Below the pieces are notes generated by a model that worked only from the letters and a program-made list of their open reading frames with translations, was not told the DNA's origin and did not search any database. This document shows, piece by piece, positions 63,069 to 64,000 of a stretch of 64,000 nt of DNA (the first letter of the stretch is position 1; every line of letters begins with the position of its first letter). The translations under genes were made by a program, and so were the position numbers. Source of the stretch: Toensbergia leucococca (taxonomy: Eukaryota); contig JALDZS010000115.1 in the NCBI GenBank assembly GCA_022813965.1, positions 1 through 64,000 on the forward strand, written 5' to 3'.

Positions 63069-64000
63069 TTATCGAGCTTCCGCGGCGCTCAACCCAGAAT
63101 TCGAAACCGTCCGCCTCCCCCAGCCGCTGAAGAAGCCGCCACTTGACGAACTTGGCGGCGTCACCTTCGAGTCTTGCTGTACCGCTCTTGCTGCGGCAAC
63201 CATGGTAAATCCCGAAGTGATGACGCCAGGGTTCTTTGGAATACAAGGCTCGCTAGGACTCGGTCTATGTCCACCACCAACAGGAGATGCAGGAGATCCT
63301 CCAAACATTTTCCGTAATGAATCGAGCTTCCCCTTTACCTCCTCAAGTTCCTGCCTCGCAACGGCTTCTGCTGTCTTTGCGTGAACCAGTTCTATCAGAA
63401 GGGCATCCTCAGCAACAGGCTTGTGATTTTCAGTTGCAAGCACCGACTGCAATCCGAGACTGCTTGTGCGCTTGGAAAATTGTGGGCCACTCTGCGAGCA
63501 CATTGACCCAGACCTGCCAAGCTTAAGCTGCCGCAGACCACCAGGCCGACCGTCTGTAGTATCGGATGGAGAGGAAGGCATGTCCAGGGCAGAATCTGAT
63601 GTCGATGATAAGCGACTCTTCAATTCTTGCACTGATTTCTCAAGTCTCTGCTTCTCCGTATGAGTGTCTTTTACGCGGGACCGGACTTCTCGGAGTTGTT
63701 CCCTCAAGCCCTTGACCTCCAATTCCTGGTCGCTTAGCTGGCGCGACAGCTCAGCAGACCTCATTGCTTCTACATCGTACTGGTCCTTCCACCGTTTTGC
63801 GTCATCTCGAAGCTGATGCTTGGTCTGTACAATTGAAGACCGTTTTGGTTTTGCCACAATGAAGTGCTCCTCAAGCTCGGCCCAAGCATCATCGGTATCA
63901 TGCATTTGAGCATTTTTTCCCGACGCAGGAATTGGCTGCTCTGTCAAGTCCTCTGGTATCGTAATGAGTATGTTGCGCTTCACCCGCTCGATAGTGCGCT
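63069..64000 (-). CDS. C-terminal coiled-coil part of a protein, probably a Rab-GAP TBC (Evi5/Gyp5-like); partial
   Basis: Long coiled coil, LLIELVHAKTAEAVARQELEEVKGKL and GGFFSGWGRR tail. The family assignment is from recall only; a TBC domain would lie outside the window. Confidence 0.5.
   Translation of the reverse strand, partial: RTIERVKRNILITIPEDLTEQPIPASGKNAQMHDTDDAWAELEEHFIVAKPKRSSIVQTKHQLRDDAKRWKDQYDVEAMRSAELSRQLSDQELEVKGLREQLREVRSRVKDTHTEKQRLEKSVQELKSRLSSTSDSALDMPSSPSDTTDGRPGGLRQLKLGRSGSMCSQSGPQFSKRTSSLGLQSVLATENHKPVAEDALLIELVHAKTAEAVARQELEEVKGKLDSLRKMFGGSPASPVGGGHRPSPSEPCIPKNPGVITSGFTMVAAARAVQQDSKVTPPSSSSGGFFSGWGRRTVSNSGLSAAEAR

Noticed and set aside
1..64000. CRISPR arrays, operons, autonomous transposases, or secondary-metabolite backbone genes
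   Set aside because: Eukaryotic sequence; no repeat-spacer array and no DDE, RT, tyrosine-recombinase, PKS or NRPS motifs seen

Overview
Gene-dense eukaryotic DNA from a filamentous ascomycete (Pezizomycotina). The evidence is short GT-AG introns with CTRAY branch points, intron-containing tRNAs and a dispersed 5S rRNA gene; any finer taxonomy would be a guess. About 24 protein-coding loci are supportable, including a KxDL protein (3' end), SEC18, a Cir_N/LENG1-like protein, an alpha/beta hydrolase, an E2 enzyme, PRX1, a DnaJ protein, a divergent P450, reticulon, a SnoaL-like protein, INCENP, an F-box protein, CNS1, an SSXT-domain protein, HIS5, an Xbp1-like APSES factor, TOP2 and several orphans. 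The window also holds tRNA-Leu(AAG), tRNA-Met(CAT), a 5S rRNA, a 590-bp MITE with an 8-bp TSD and an acyl-CoA dehydrogenase pseudogene. The most striking observations are: (1) two tandem donor-disrupted [D5,6] spliceosomal twin introns (stwintrons) flanking a symmetric 72-nt exon in the reticulon gene; (2) a stand-alone DEDD/PolB-like 3'-5' exonuclease ORF in an accessory block; (3) an intact non-autonomous TIR element in a divergent promoter; (4) an in-frame, stop-free 249-nt intron in the DnaJ gene; (5) strong C-rich to G-rich polarity within many genes. All calls come from manual reading; no database search was run.
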